NCBI GenBank assembly: GCA_963837825.1
Contig: CAWIOR010000014.1
Location: 242,864-306,863, forward strand
Length of the DNA stretch: 64,000 nucleotides
Direction: 5' to 3'
Source: an uncultured Chloroflexia bacterium
GTDB taxonomy: Bacteria; Chloroflexota; Limnocylindria; Limnocylindrales; CSP1-4
The translations under genes and the position numbers were made by a program. Position 1 is the first letter of the stretch. The number at the start of each line of letters is the position of its first letter. The notes under the pieces are model-generated. The model was not told where the DNA came from. It searched no databases and was given only the letters and a program-made list of their open reading frames with translations. Shown here in pieces: positions 1-12,261 of the stretch.

Positions 1-62
1 TGGTACGAACGGCCATCCGCTCTGGGGTGGCGTGACGCAGGCCCGGATGCTAGGCTGCTGCC

Positions 63-360
63 GTGCGATTGTCAACTATTTCTAAACAACACACGGCCGG
101 ACCGGGCTCGCCCTTCGCCCGCGCGGTCGGCACCGAGCTGCGCCGGCTCCGTCGGGCGCGCGGGTTGAGCCAGTCGGAGCTCGGGGCTCCGATGACGCGG
201 GCGTTCGTGTCGTCGGTCGAGGGCGGCAGGACGTTGCCGTAGCCTGGCCGCTCTCGTGCTGTTGACGTCGCGGCTCGACGTCTCGCTCGAGACGTTCTTC
301 GGCGGCGTCAACCTGGCGTTGACGACGGTGTACACTCCGCCGCATGAGCACCACGAAGCG
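63..360 (+). CDS. Small XRE/HTH_3 helix-turn-helix protein (one apparent +1 frameshift near 240; 3' end overlaps next gene, end approximate)
   Basis: Manual translation from GTG 63 gives ...ARAVGTELRRLRRARGLSQSELGAPMTRAFVSSVEGGRTLP, continuing as SLAALVLLTSRLDVSLETFF in the frame of ORF 256..588; TAGGCT -10 box at 51-56. Confidence 0.65.
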
Positions 361-1739
361 GCGCCGGATCGTCGTCGACGACTCGGCCCTGGCCCAGTCG
401 ATCGGCAGTCGGATCCGGGAGCGTCGCCGTCGCGCCGGCCTGAGCCAGCAGCGGTTGGCGGAGGGCCGCTACACGAAGGCCTACATCAGCGCCCTCGAGA
501 CGGGCGCCGCCAAGCCGTCGATGGCCGCCCTCAACTTCATCGCCGGCCGGCTCGGGACGACCGCGGCCGAGATCCTGGCGAACCCTGACGCCGCCTGGAC
601 GCGGCTCGAAGCCGACCTCCTGCTCGCCTCCGGCGATGCCTCGGCTGCCGCCGACGCCTACCGCGACCTGCTCGAGGCGACCCGAACCGGCGACCCGTGC
701 CGAGCTCCTCCGGTCGCTGGCCGAGGCGTCGTGTCGGATCGACCGTCCGGTCGAGGCGATCCGGGCCGCCGGCGGAGGCGGCCGAGATCTTCGCGTCGCT
801 GGATCGGCCCGCCGAACGCGCCGAGGCCGTCTACTGGCTGGCGATCGGCCCAGCATCTCCAGGACAATCCGGACGAGGCCCGCAACCTGTTCTCCGGCCT
901 CCTCGCCGAGGTGCGCGCCGGCCTGGTCGTCGCGCCCGACTTCGAGCTGAAGCTGCTCGTCGCCCTCGCCGCGACCGAGTCGTACCGCGGTGCTCACGAC
1001 GCGGCCGTCGGTTACCTCGAGGAGGCGCGCGGCCTGAGCGCCGACCTCGACGACCGGCGACGCGGGATCGTCCTGCTCTCGCTGGCCAACGGCTATCGGG
1101 GCGCCGGCGACAACGAGGCCGCCATCCGCTACGGCAGCCAGGCGCTGACGCTCCTCCGAGCCGCCGAAGCCGATCTCGAGGCGGCGATGCTCGAGAACAA
1201 CCTCGCCCTGGCCTACCTGGCGATCGGCAGCACCGAGCGGGCATCGGAGCTCGTGGCCGAGGCCCAGGGCATCGGCCGCCACCACGACGACGACCGTCTC
1301 CTCGCCCACCTGGCCGACACCGAGGCGCAGGTCGCGCTCGCCTCGGGCGATGCCGAGCGGGCGATCGACCTCGCGGCCACCGCCATCGAGCGGGCCGACC
1401 GCGCGGGCGCGACGAAGGCCGCCGATCGACGCCTGGACCACCCTCGCCCGGGCGCGCTCCGCGCTCGGCCGGACCGACCAGGCGCTCGACGCCTTCGCCC
1501 GGGCCGCCGACCTCGCCCGCGAGCACGCTCCGGCTCCCCGGGTCCGCGAGGTCCTGCGCGCCTGGGCCGACGCCCTGGCGGCCGCCGGGCGCCACGCCGA
1601 GGCGTACGCCCTGGCTCGCGAGGCGCTCGCCGGCGAGGCTCCGAGCCGGGGACCGGCTCCCGACCTCGACGTCGATCCCGACCGCCTGACGCGGCCGGCG
1701 GCTCAGCCGATCCGGACCGACGACGCGCCCCGCCGCTGA
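344..1739 (+). CDS. XRE-HTH plus tetratricopeptide-repeat transcriptional regulator (frameshifted)
   Basis: N-terminus IRERRRRAGLSQQRLAEGRYTKAYISALETG (HTH_3) followed by Ala/Leu-rich TPR-like helices across ORFs 344..1774, 636..950, 697..1689 and 1350..1739; TACACT 7 nt before ATG. Confidence 0.8.
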
Positions 1740-2495
1740 ACCGGACCAGGACCCGGTCGGTCGCGGTCGCATAGCCCGGCGACTCGGTCCGCCCGTCGAC
1801 GGAGGTCAGGCCGCCGCTCGTCTCGAGGCGGTACTCGACCCCGGGCGGCGGCACGAACGTCAGCTGGGTCGCCCCGCCGGTCACCCGCAGCTCGACCGTG
1901 CCGCGCGGATGGGGCAGGGTGATCCGGGCCTGGGCCGCCCCGATCTGGAGCCGCGCCTCGGCGACGGCGAGCGACGACAGGTCGACCGAGAAGTCGCCCG
2001 CGCCGGCGTTCATCGTCAGCGAGCGTCGGCACGTCGGAGGCCACCCGGACCGTCCAGTCGGACCCGCCGCGCCACGCGTCCGGCCACCAGGCCACGTCCT
2101 GGCGGAGCCGGACGAGGGCGCGATCGCCGGCGCGCTCGATCCGGGTCGCGATGTCGTCGTTGGTCGAGGCCACCTCGACGAGGTTGCCGCCGCTCGCGCC
2201 ACCCTCGAGCCGGAAGCGCCCGGCGCCGACGCTGAGGTCGAGCTCGAGCCGGGCCGATCCCTCGCGCGGCACCGTGGCCGACGTCGCCCCCTGCCGTCCG
2301 GGCCGGATCGCGCCGTACAGGACGATCGCCCCGACCGCGATGATCAGGATCGGCCAGAGGACGCTCCAGGCGACGTGCACGAAGCCGAGGTTGCCGAGCA
2401 GGTAGATCACCCCCAGGGCGATCAGGACGATCCCGACGAGCTCGGCGCCGCGCCACTGGCGGCGCGACCCGTCGCCGGTCCCTGCGGTCGGACAT
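1703..2495 (-). CDS. LiaF/DUF5668-like membrane protein with C-terminal beta-strand-repeat domain (frameshifted)
   Basis: TM segment LLGNLGFVHVAWSVLWPILIIAVGAIVLYG, then repeats LDLSVGAGRFRL / MNAGAGDFSVDLSSL / LQIGAAQARITLP; SD GGAGG before ATG 2495. Confidence 0.65.
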
Positions 2496-2608
2496 GACGA
2501 TCCCTCCAGATGGTCGAGTCCGACAAGGGTAGCGCGCCATGCCAGCCAGCGGACCGGTCGGCCCGCACGGCGATGGCGTCGGACCGGGGCCAGCCGGAAC
2601 GGTCGCCG

Positions 2609-3302
2609 ATGTCCGATGATGTGGCCATGGACGCCCGCCGTCTCGCCGCCGCCGCGTCAGGCGATCGTCGCCGGCGGACGTCGGCTCGGCGCCCGCGGCC
2701 TGATCGTCGCCGGCGAGGGGAACCTGTCGGTCCGGCTCGGCGACCGGCTCCTCGTCACGCCGTCGGGCCGGCGCAAGGACGAGCTGGTCCCCGACGACCT
2801 GCTCCTCGTGCCGGCCGATCCGGACGCGCCCGCGGCCGACCCCGACCGGCCCGACCTGCGCCCGACCTCGGACCTCCGGATCCACCGGGCCGTCTACGCC
2901 GCCCGACCCGACATCGAGGCGGTCGCCCACGCCCATCTGCCGAGCTCGCTCGCCCTGACCCTGGCCGGCCGGATCCCCGACCCCGCCGCCCTGCCGGAGA
3001 CGCGGCTGTTCATCCCGCGCCTGCCGTTCCTGCCGTTCATGGCCATGGGCAGCCCGAGCTCGCCGGCGCGGTGGCCGCGAGCCTGGCCGACGGCGTCGAG
3101 CCGGCGGCGAACGCCGTCCTGCTCGAGCGCCACGGGGCGGTCGCCGTCGGGCGGACGGTCGACGCGGCGGTCGATCGGCTCGAGCTGGTCGACCTCCTCT
3201 GCCGGGTCTGGCGGGACGCCCTCCTGCTCGGGCTGGACGAGCCGCTCGACGCGGCCGCTGGGCGCCCGTCGGCGCGGCGCACGCTCCGCGTCGGCCGGGT
3301 GA
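2609..3302 (+). CDS. Class II aldolase/adducin family protein (frameshifted, end approximate)
   Basis: GEGNLSVR, VTPSG, PTSDLRIHRAVY, AVAHAH and LLERHGAVAVG motifs. Confidence 0.85.
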
Positions 3303-4541
3303 TCGCTCTCGGTCGATCCGGCGCCGACGGCCCGGCGGACGACCCGGCGGCGGTCGAGCCCTGGACGATGACCGTGAACAGGACGATCCCGAAGGTGATC
3401 TCCTGGAGCAGCGTCGCGCTGCGGGACGGTGACCGGCAGCGCGAGCGCCATGGCGACCGCGACCGCCCCGCGGAGACCGGCCCAGAAGAGGACGTGGAGC
3501 CAGCCGATCGGGACCGCCCGCTCGCGCGAGCGACGGGCAGGAGCGGGCGGCGCCGCCGAGGACCACGTAGACGACGAGCGCCCGGCCGACGAGCGGTCCC
3601 GATCGACCCCCACGGCGATCCAGCCGAGCGAATCGGCCAGCTGCGGCGAACGGGAAGGCCAGCCCGACGAGGAGGAAGACGAGCGCGGTCAGGAGGTAGG
3701 CCAGGAACTCCCAGACCGTGTCGAGGGCGTCGATGCCGCCCGGGCTCATCGCCCGGTCGCCGGCCGTAGTTGCCGAGGACGATCGCGGCCAGGACCGTGG
3801 CGATGATCCCGGACTGGTGGATGGCATCGGCCAGCGAGGTACGTCCCATAGGCCAGCACGACCGAGATCGTCAGCTCGATGAGGTGGTCGTCGACGAGCG
3901 ACATCAGCCGGGCCGCCACGAAGCCGGCCGCGATGCCCGATCGCGCCGCTGATCGCGACGGTCGCGACGAACCGGACCAGCGCGTCGCCGGCCGAGATCG
4001 GGGCGGCGAGCGCCCCGACGGCGAGCGCCGAAGACGACCAGGCCGGTCCCGTCGTTGAGCAGGCTCTCGCCCTCGACGACGGTCGCCAGCGTCGCGCGGG
4101 ACCGGCAGGCGGCGGAACGTCGCCACGACGGCCGCCGGGTCGGTCGCCGAGACCATCGCCCCGACGATGAACGCGAGGTCGAAGCGGAGCCCCGTGGCCA
4201 GGTGGAGGACGACCGCGACGACCGAGGCCGAGATGAGCACGCCGGGCATGGCCAGGAAGACGAGGACCGCCAGCGAACGGCGCAGGTGGGCGAGGTCGAG
4301 CCGGTAGCCGGCCTCGAAGACGAGCCCCGGCAGGAGGACGACGAGGACGATCTCGGGGGCGACGGTCGGCTCGTTGCCCGGTCGGACGAGCGTCTGCCCG
4401 ATCCCGGCGACGAGCCCGACGAGCGACCAGGGCGACCGAGTACGGCAGGCGGAGCGGCCGGGCGACGATCGCCACGACCGCGGCGACGCCCAGGAGGGCG
4501 ACGAAGACGGTGATCGAAGCCAGGATCGTCGGGCCGTCCAT
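3290..4541 (-). CDS. CPA1-family Na+/H+ antiporter (frameshifted, 3' end approximate)
   Basis: SATDPAAVV, VEGESLLNDG, DTVWEFLAYLL and WAGLRGAV motifs across ORFs 2016..4541, 3746..4249, 3904..4944 and 2894..3613. Confidence 0.85.
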
Positions 4542-4624
4542 CGCCCGATGCTACGCGTTCAGGCGTCGGCTGAGACAGGTTGCGGTCGTGATCCGTGCCG
4601 GGTCGCCAGCGGCTCGGTCGGTGG

Positions 4625-5740
4625 TCACCTCCGGGCTCGCGGTCGGCCCGGCCGGAGCGGTCGTCGACGCACCGGCCGGGCTGGGCGTCGACGCCGCCGT
4701 GCGACCCGCGGCCGGGAAGGCCGGCAGCTCGCGCCCGCCCTCGGCCAGCCAGCAGGCCGCCTGCTGGCCGCTCCCGACGTCGAACAGCGGCGGCTCCTCG
4801 ACCCGGCAGCGGTCGAACGCGAGCGGGCAGCGCGGATGGAAGCGGCAGCCGGTCGGGATCGCCGCCGCGTCGGGCGTCTCGCCGACCAGGATGTAGCGCG
4901 CCGCCCGGGCCGCCGTCGTCGGCCGGCTCGGGCGTCGGCGACACGCTGACGAGCGCCTTGCGTGTACGGGTTGTGGGCGTCCTTGATGACCGCCTCGGCG
5001 GGCCCGATCTCCATGATCCGGCCGAGGTACATCACGGCGATCCGGTCGGCGATGACCCAGGCCAGCGACAGGTCGTGGGTGATGAACAGGTAGGTCAGCC
5101 CGCGCTCCTGGCGCAGGTCGAGCATCAGCCGCAGGAGCTCGGTCCGGATCGACACGTCGAGCATCGACACCGGCTCGTCGGCGACGATCAGCTCCGGGTC
5201 CATGACCAGGGCGCCGGCGATGACGACCCGCTGGCGCTGCCCGCCGGACAGCTCGTGCGGGAAGCGGAAGGCGAAGTCGGTCGCCGGGCGCAGCCCGGCC
5301 GCCTCGAGCGCGGCCACGACCTTGGCCTCGCGTCTCGGCGGCCGACGTCGCCGAGGCCGTTGACCTCGAGCGGCTCGGCCACGAAGTCGTGGATCGTCTG
5401 CTTCGGGTCGAGCGTCTCGTACGGGTCCTGGAAGATGATCTGGACCCGCCGCCGGTAGTCGCGCAGGGCGCCGGTCCCCCACAGGTCGGTGACGTCCGTG
5501 CCCGTCGAAGACGATCCGGCCGCCGGTCTGGCGGGTCAGCTTGACGATCACCCGGCCGGTCGTCGTCTTGCCCGAGCCGGACTCGCCGACGAGCGCAGGA
5601 CCTCGCCCTTGTGGATCGTCAGGTCGATCCCGTCGACGGCGCGGACGACGGCCGGCGGCCGGCGCGCGCAGCCAGTCGAGCAGGCCGCCGCGGATCGGGA
5701 AGTGGACCTCGAGGCCCTCGAGCCGGACGAGCTCGCTCAC
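4625..5740 (-). CDS. Oligopeptide/dipeptide ABC transporter ATP-binding protein (OppF/DppF-like, frameshifted)
   Basis: Walker [26 protein letters not shown]; C-terminal GCRFHPRC in another frame. Confidence 0.9.
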   Translation of the reverse strand: MSELVRLEGLEVHFPIRGGLLDWLRAPAAGRRPRRRRDRPDDPQGRGPALVGESGSGKTTTGRVIVKLTRQTGGRIVFDGHGRHRPVGDRRPARLPAAGPDHLPGPVRDARPEADDPRLRGRAARGQRPRRRRPPRREAKVVAALEAAGLRPATDFAFRFPHELSGGQRQRVVIAGALVMDPELIVADEPVSMLDVSIRTELLRLMLDLRQERGLTYLFITHDLSLAWVIADRIAVMYLGRIMEIGPAEAVIKDAHNPYTQGARQRVADARAGRRRRPGRRATSWSARRPTRRRSRPAAASIRAARSRSTAAGSRSRRCSTSGAASRRPAGWPRAGASCRPSRPRVARRRRRPARPVRRRPLRPGRPRARR

Positions 5741-6902
5741 GGCCGTCCGGGGCGAGGCCGGTCGAGGCGGTCACGGCTGTCCCGCGGTCGACGGCGGCCG
5801 ACCGCCGCGAGTCGACCGCCGTCGTCGGCGCGGTCACCGTGACCGGCGGCCCCGTCGCTGCCCGGCCGGGTAGAGGTGGCAGGCGACCCGCACGCCGTCG
5901 GCGAAGGTGACCTCGGGCGGGCTCGACCTCGCGGCAGACGTCCATCGCGAAGGCGCAGCGAGGATGGAACCGGCAGCCCGCCGGCGGGGCGCGCAGGTCG
6001 GGCGGCGAGCCCGGGATCGTCTCGAGGCTCCGGCGGTCGGCGCGGATGTTCGGGAACGCCCCGAGGAGCTTCTGGGTGTACGGATGGCGCGGCTCGCGGA
6101 AGACCCGCTCGACCGGTGCCCTCCTCGGCCACCTGGCCGGCGTACATGATCAGGACCCGGTCGCAGGTCTCGGCGATGACCGACAGGTCGTGGGTGATGA
6201 GGATGAGGGACAGCCCGAGCTCGCGCCGGAGCCGCTCGAGCAGCTCCAGGATCTGGGCCTGGACCATCACGTCGAGCGCGGTCGTCGGCTCGTCGCCGAT
6301 GACGATCGCCGGGTCGCAGGCGAGGGCCATCGCGATCATCGCCCGCTGGCGCATCCCGCCCGACAGCTCGTGCGGGTAGGCCCGGCCCGCGCTTCTGCGG
6401 GATCCCGACGAGCTCGAGCAGCTCGGCCGGCCCTGGCCAGCGGCGGCGGTCGCGTCGACGCCCAGCCGGACCTCGATCGGCTCGGCGATCTGCTCGCTCG
6501 ATCCGGCGGACCGGGTTGAGCGCGTTCATCGCGCCCTGGAAGACGATCGAGATCTCCCGCCAGCGATAGCGCCGGAGCCCTTGTCGCTCTTCTTGGGCAA
6601 GGTCGATCGCCGAACAGCTTGACGCTGCCGCCCGGCGATCCGGGCGTTGCCGGGCAGCAGCCGGACGAGCGACAGGGCGGTCGTCGTCTTGCCGCAGCCG
6701 GATTCGCCGGCCAGCCCGAGCGCCTCGCCGTCGTTGAGCGTGAAGCTGATCCCGTCGACCGCCCGGACCGTCTTCCCGTCGAGCTTGAAGTAGGTCTTGA
6801 GGTCCTCGACCACGAGCAGCGGCGCGGCCGGGTCGGCCCCCTTCGGCAGGGCCCGGCCCGGCGACGGGGCGTGGACGGACGTCGCCGTCGGACTTCCGTC
6901 AT
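5737..6902 (-). CDS. Oligopeptide/dipeptide ABC transporter ATP-binding protein (OppD/DppD-like, frameshifted)
   Basis: [35 protein letters not shown]. Confidence 0.9.
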
Positions 6903-7853
6903 CGGCGCCTGGAGCTTCGGGTTGAGCATGTCGTCCAGGGCGTTGCCGATGAGCGTGAAGGCGAGCACGACCAGGACGATCGCAGACGCCCGGCGCCGCG
7001 GTGTACCACCAGGCCCCCGAGCCCGGGCGCGCCCGACGCCTGGGCGGAGTAGAGCAGGGCCCCACGACGGAGCGAGGGGGTCCCCGAGCCCGATGAACGA
7101 CAGGGTCGTCTCGGTCAGGATCGAGCCGGCGATGACCAGGACCGTGTTGGCCACGATCAGCGACATCACGTTCGGCAGGATGTGGCGGACCATGATCCGT
7201 GCCCGAGCCCGATCCGATGACCCGGGCGCGGTCGACGAACGCCCGCTCCCGCACCGACAGCGCCTGGCTGCGGATGATCCGGGCGGTCGACGCCCAGCTC
7301 GTCAGGCCGATGACGATGATGATCGCGATGAGGGTCATCCGGATCCCGAACACCTCGGCGCCGGCTCCGAACGATGTCGAGGATGATCGGGGCCAGGACG
7401 AGCGCCAGGACGAACGTCGGGAGGATGAGGAAGAAGTCGGTGATCCGCATCAGGAACGTGTCGAGCGCGCCGCCGACATAGCCGGCCACGATGCCGATGA
7501 CGGCACCCAGGCCGACCGTGATGACGGTCGCCAGGAACCCGATCAGCAGGCTGATCCGCGCGCCGTGGACGGCGAGGTTGAGGACGTCGCGACCGATCTC
7601 GTCGGTGCCCAGCAGGTGGGCCGCCGACGGCGACTCGAACGGGGTGGCCGACGGATGTGGTCGCCGGCTCGAGCGGCCCGACCAGCAGGTCCGGCGCGAT
7701 GGCCATGACCGCGAAGACGACGATGATGACCACCCCGATCACCCCCGCCCGCTGGGTCCGGTAGCGCCGCAGGAAGTGGCGATAGCCCCGGATGCGAAGG
7801 CGCCACCGCTCGGCTCGGAGCTGGGCGGCCGTCAGCCCGCTCGCGCTGCTCAC
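6899..7853 (-). CDS. Peptide ABC transporter permease (OppC/DppC-like, frameshifted)
   Basis: [29 protein letters not shown] (EAA loop), [16 protein letters not shown]. Confidence 0.88.
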
Positions 7854-8824
7854 GTCCGGACCCGCGGGTCGAGTCGGCTGTAGACCACGTCGGCGACCAG
7901 GTTGGCCAGGATGACGCTGACCGACAGGAGCAGGAAGATCCCCTGGAGGACCGGATAGTCGCGCGACGCCAGGGCGTCGACGGTCAGCGTCCCGAGACCG
8001 GGCCAGGAGAAGACCTCCTCGACCGTGATCGCCCCGGCCCACAGGTAGCCGAAGTTGATCGCGACGAGCGTCACCGTCGGAAGCATCGCGTTCGGCAGGG
8101 CGTGGGAGCGCAGGATCCGGGTCTCGTCGAGGCCCTTCGCCCGCGCGGTCTGGACGTAGTCCTCGGCCAGGACCTCGACGATCGACGAGCGCATCAGGAG
8201 CGAGTACTGGCCGATGTAGCCGAGGGAGTAGGTCGCGGCCGGCAGGACGAGGTGGCCGAGCAGGTCGGTGATCCGGGCGACCGGATCGTCGGTCCCCAGT
8301 CCGGGCGTGACCATGCCGTGCCCGGGCAAGCAGGCCGAGCGTCGTCGAGAAGATGATCAGGAGGATCATCCCCAGCCAGAACGACGGCATCGCGTAGAGG
8401 ACGAGCGCGACCGCGGTCCCGCCGTAGTCGACCGGACCGCCGCGCCGCCAGCCGGCGTAGGCGCCGAGGGCCAGCCCGACGAAGAGGGCGATGAGCTCGC
8501 CGGTCCCGATCAGCAGGACGGTCGGCCCGATCTTCGCGCCGATGACCTCGGTGACCGGCTGGCCGCGGAACTGGAAGCTGTAGCCAGGTCGCCCTCGAGG
8601 GTGGCCACGACGTAGTCGACGACCTGGTCGGGGAAGATCGGCTTGTTCAGGCCCCAGCGCTCGCGCTGCGCCTCGAGCTGCGCCTGGCTGATGTGCGGGT
8701 TGCGCAGGAGGATCCGCTCGGCCGAGCCGGGCATCGCCCGGAAGAGCAGGAAGTTGACGATCAGGACGAAGCCGATCGTCAGGAGCGCCTGGAAGACCTT
8801 CCGGCCGAGATAGCGAGTGCCCAT
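7850..8824 (-). CDS. Peptide ABC transporter permease (OppB/DppB-like, frameshifted)
   Basis: MRSSIVEVLAEDYVQTARAKGL, HALPNAMLP, EEVFSWPGLG, RDYPVLQG, DPRVR. Confidence 0.9.
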
Positions 8825-8919
8825 CTGCCCGTCCCCGTCGGCCGATCAGTCGACGGCGCGGGCCGGGGAGGGCGTGCCCGGCTCGCTCCGGCCGGGCCGC
8901 CGCCCGGCCGCCGGGCGGG

Positions 8920-10810
8920 TCACTCCTCCTCGTCCTCCGTGCTCGGCCGCCGGCCGCGGATCACGATCAGGCCGACGGCCACGACCGCGATGAGCGCGAC
9001 GATCCCGACGACCAGCGGCAGGCTGTTCGAGCTCGCCGGCGTGCCCGGCTCGGTGCCGGGGCTGGCCGCGGGCGACCCGGCCCCGCCCGATCCGGCGCTC
9101 GGCGCGGCCGGCGTCGGCGTCGGCTCCGGTCCGGCCTGCAGGCTCAGGTAGGTCTCGACCCCGAAGCTGAAGAACGGCGTCCCGCCGTCACGCGGCTGGA
9201 GCTTGTAGCCGTGCCACTTGTCGATCCGGTACGCCTGGAGCTCGGAGCTGTAGTACAGGATGTCGTACGGCGCGTCGCGGTAGACGATCTGCTGCATCTG
9301 GTCGGTGATGACCTTGCGCTCGGCCTGGGTCGGCGCGATCTGCTGCTCGTCGTACAGCTTGTCGTACGCGGGGTTCGAGTAGAACGAGTCGCTCCAGCCG
9401 CCGATCGGCCGGTCGTGAAGATCGACAGCAGGAAGTCCGGGTCCGGGCTGCCGCCCAGCCCCACAGCTCGATGTCGTAGTTCGCCTTGCCGCCGGCCTCC
9501 GGGGGCGTGACGTACTGGGTCACGCGTGTCCTTGTCGAGGACCTGGATGTTGAGCTTGATCCCGACCTGCTTGTACCACTCGGCGATGAGGCTGGCCGAC
9601 TGGGCGTAGTAGGCGGTCGTGTTCGGGGTGATCAGGTTGAGGCTGATCTCCTTGCCTTCCTTGTCCTCGCGGAAGCCGTTCCCGTTCGAGTCGAGGTAGC
9701 CGGCCGCGTCGAGTTGCTGCTTCGCCTCGTCGAGGTCGAACGTCCGCAGCTCGCCGGGACCCGGCTGGTAGTGCCAGGTCTTGAGGACCGGCGGGACCGC
9801 CGTCGAGCCCGGCTCGCCGTGGCCCTGAGGGTCTGCTTGACCAGGAGGTCCTTGTCGACCGCGTAGCCGAGCGCGTCCCGGAACTTCGGGTCGAGGAGCG
9901 CCTTCGTCGACGGGCCGACGCCCTTCTTGCCCTTGGCGTCGTAGGTGTTGAACGCCGAGCTGGTCGAAGCCGTTCGTCGAGCCGTTGACGCCGACGATGT
10001 TCGGGTCGTCATCGAGCTGCGTCGAACTGGCCCGGCGGGATCGACCGGGCGGCGTCGAGGTCGCCCTTCTTGAGGGCCTGGTCCATCGTGTCCTGGTTGG
10101 CGAAGTAGATGAACTGGACCTCGTCCATGGCCGGCTTCGCGCCCCAGTAGTACGGGTTGCGGGCGAACCGGGTGAACTGGCCCTTCTGCCACTCGACCGC
10201 CTGGAACGGGCCGGTCCCGATCGACCGGCGGGTCGTTGGCGAACTCGTTGTTGGCCTGGGCCGGGGTGATCGTCTTCCAGATGTGCTCGGGCAGGATCGG
10301 GATGTACGCCCCGAGGATGAGCGAGCTCGGATCGCTCAGCGTGATGACGACGGTCGACTCGTCGGGCGCCTCGACCTTGGTCACCTTGGTCAGGGTGAAC
10401 AGCGTCAGCGGGTTGTCGGTCTTGAGCGAGTCGAGGATGTAGTTGTAGGTGAAGGCGACGTCCTTGGCGGTCGCCGGCTGCCCGTCCGACCACTTCATCC
10501 CCGAGCGGATCTTGAACGTGTAGAGCTTCCCGTCGCTCGACACGGTCCACGACTCGGCGAAGCCGGTCGGGGCGTACTCGAGGTCAGGCCCGAAGCCGAC
10601 CAGGACGTCGTAGTTGAGGATGAACGCCTCGTACGACGAATAGAGGTAGGCCTGGAACGGGTTGAGCGAGTCGATCTCCTGGGTCGTCCCGATCCGATAG
10701 ATCAGCTTGTCGGCCGCGGCGACGGGGGTCCCAGCCGGCAGCGCGGTCCCGAGGGCGAGGCCGAGCGCCAGGGCGACTCGGACGAACCGTGCGGGCAGGG
10801 ACAGGCGCAT
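8920..10810 (-). CDS. Family 5 ABC substrate-binding protein (OppA-like) with C-terminal membrane anchor (frameshifted)
   Basis: Signal peptide, IDSLNPF, YTFKIRSGMKWSDGQPATAKDVAFT, ILPEHIW; ends with a Pro/Ser/Gly linker, LPLVVGIVALIAVVAVGLIVI and RGRR. Confidence 0.88.
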
Positions 10811-10884
10811 CGTGGTACCTCCTCCGGACGCCGCGACGGACCGACCGCCCGCCGCTCGCCCAACCGACCCCGGGAATGGTCCGC

Positions 10885-10914
10885 ACTGTGGCACAGCCCA
10901 TCCGACCGGGTCAA
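10885..10914 (-). promoter_or_regulatory. Putative sigma70-type promoter of the opp operon with a short palindrome over -10
   Basis: Minus strand TTGACC-18nt-CACAGT; palindrome ctgtg-g-cacag at 10886-10896; SD GGAGGAGG before ATG 10810. Confidence 0.45.
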
Positions 10915-10964
10915 TGCCGAACCGGAGCGTCGCGCTCCATGCACCGCGCCGGCCGACCCGTCGG

Positions 10965-12162
10965 TCAGACCATGAACGACCTCGGCGGGATCGTCGAGGA
11001 GCAGGATCGGCCGGTCGATCCGGAAGCCCTCGATCTCGCCGGCGGACGGGGTCGAGCCGTCGACGGCGAGCTCGGCCAGGATCCGCCCGAGCAGCGAGGC
11101 GTACTTGAAGGCATGGGCGGCCCCGAGGGCGACGAGGACGTTCGGCGCCTCGGGGAGACGATCGAGCACGAAGTCGCGGTCGGGGGTCAGCGTGTACAGG
11201 CAGGTCTTCGTGGACAGGTCCGGGCCGTAGGCCCCGGGCAGATGGGCCTGCAGGAACGCATCGACCCGGGCGTGGGCGTCGGGGTCCGGCTCGAACGTCC
11301 GCTCGTCGGCCGAGGTCTCCCGGCCGCCGACGTCCTGGGCCGCCTTCGGGCCGGGCTCGCCGTAGGTCGGGAAGCCGTAGAAGCACGGCTCATCCATCCA
11401 GATCCAGACCGGGAAGCGGTCCGCCGCGAAGTCCTCCGGACGAGGGCAGGCGTAGTAGGTCACCTGCTCCCGGGTGATCGTCAGGGGGAGCCGGCGTCCG
11501 AACGACGCGAGGAGACGGTTCGTCCATGCGTCGGCCGCCAGGACGACTCGACCCGCCCGGTGGGTCGCCCCGTCGGCGGTCAGCACCTCGATGTCGCCAC
11601 CCCCGGCGTCGCGCAGCCCCGCGACCGGCGTCCGGTCGAGGAGCGTCGCGCCGTGGGCGCGGGCGAGCCGCTGGTGGGCCGCGTTCGCCCGGTTCGGGTC
11701 GGCCAGGCCGCCGTCGGCCTGGTACAGCCCGTGGTGCTCGTCGGACAGCCGCCACTGCGGCCAGCGGCGGACGATCTCGTCGGCGTCGAGGTGCTCGAAC
11801 GGGACCCCCTCGGCGTCCATGCTCGCGGCGTAATCGGCGAGCGGGATCGCGGAATCGCGCGGGGCGACGTCGAGTCCGCCCGTCCTCGTCACGACCTGGA
11901 CCCCGGCCTCGGCCTCGAGCTCCGCCCAGGTCGCATAGGCGCGCCTGGCGAGCCGGACATAGTCGGGCCGGTGGTACGACAGCCGGATGATCCGGCTGTG
12001 GTCCTGGCTCGCGCCGTTGACGTGTCCGAGCTCGAACTGCTCCAGCCCGAGGACCCGGTCGCCGAGCCGGCGGCTGAGCCAACAGGCGGCCGCGCTGCCG
12101 ATCCCGCCGAGGCCGACGACGATCGCGTCCCAGTCGCGCCCACCGATCCGGTCGATCGCCAC
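10965..12162 (-). CDS. solA: N-methyl-L-tryptophan oxidase / monomeric sarcosine oxidase family flavoprotein
   Basis: IVVGLGGIGS, GASQDHSRIIR, KTCLYTLTPDRDFVLD (FAD-linking Cys), HAFKYAS. Confidence 0.85.
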
Positions 12163-12261
12163 GTCCGTCCTCCGATCGGTCGGTAGTATCGACGGGCGAC
12201 GGGGCGGCCGTCGTCGGAGCGCGAGGAGTGGGACGGTGCCCGAGGCCGGGGGCGGTGACGG

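Noticed and set aside
8849-8919. GC hairpins between the binding-protein gene and the first permease as a terminator
   Set aside because: No U-tract and mid-operon; at most an mRNA-stabilising stem.
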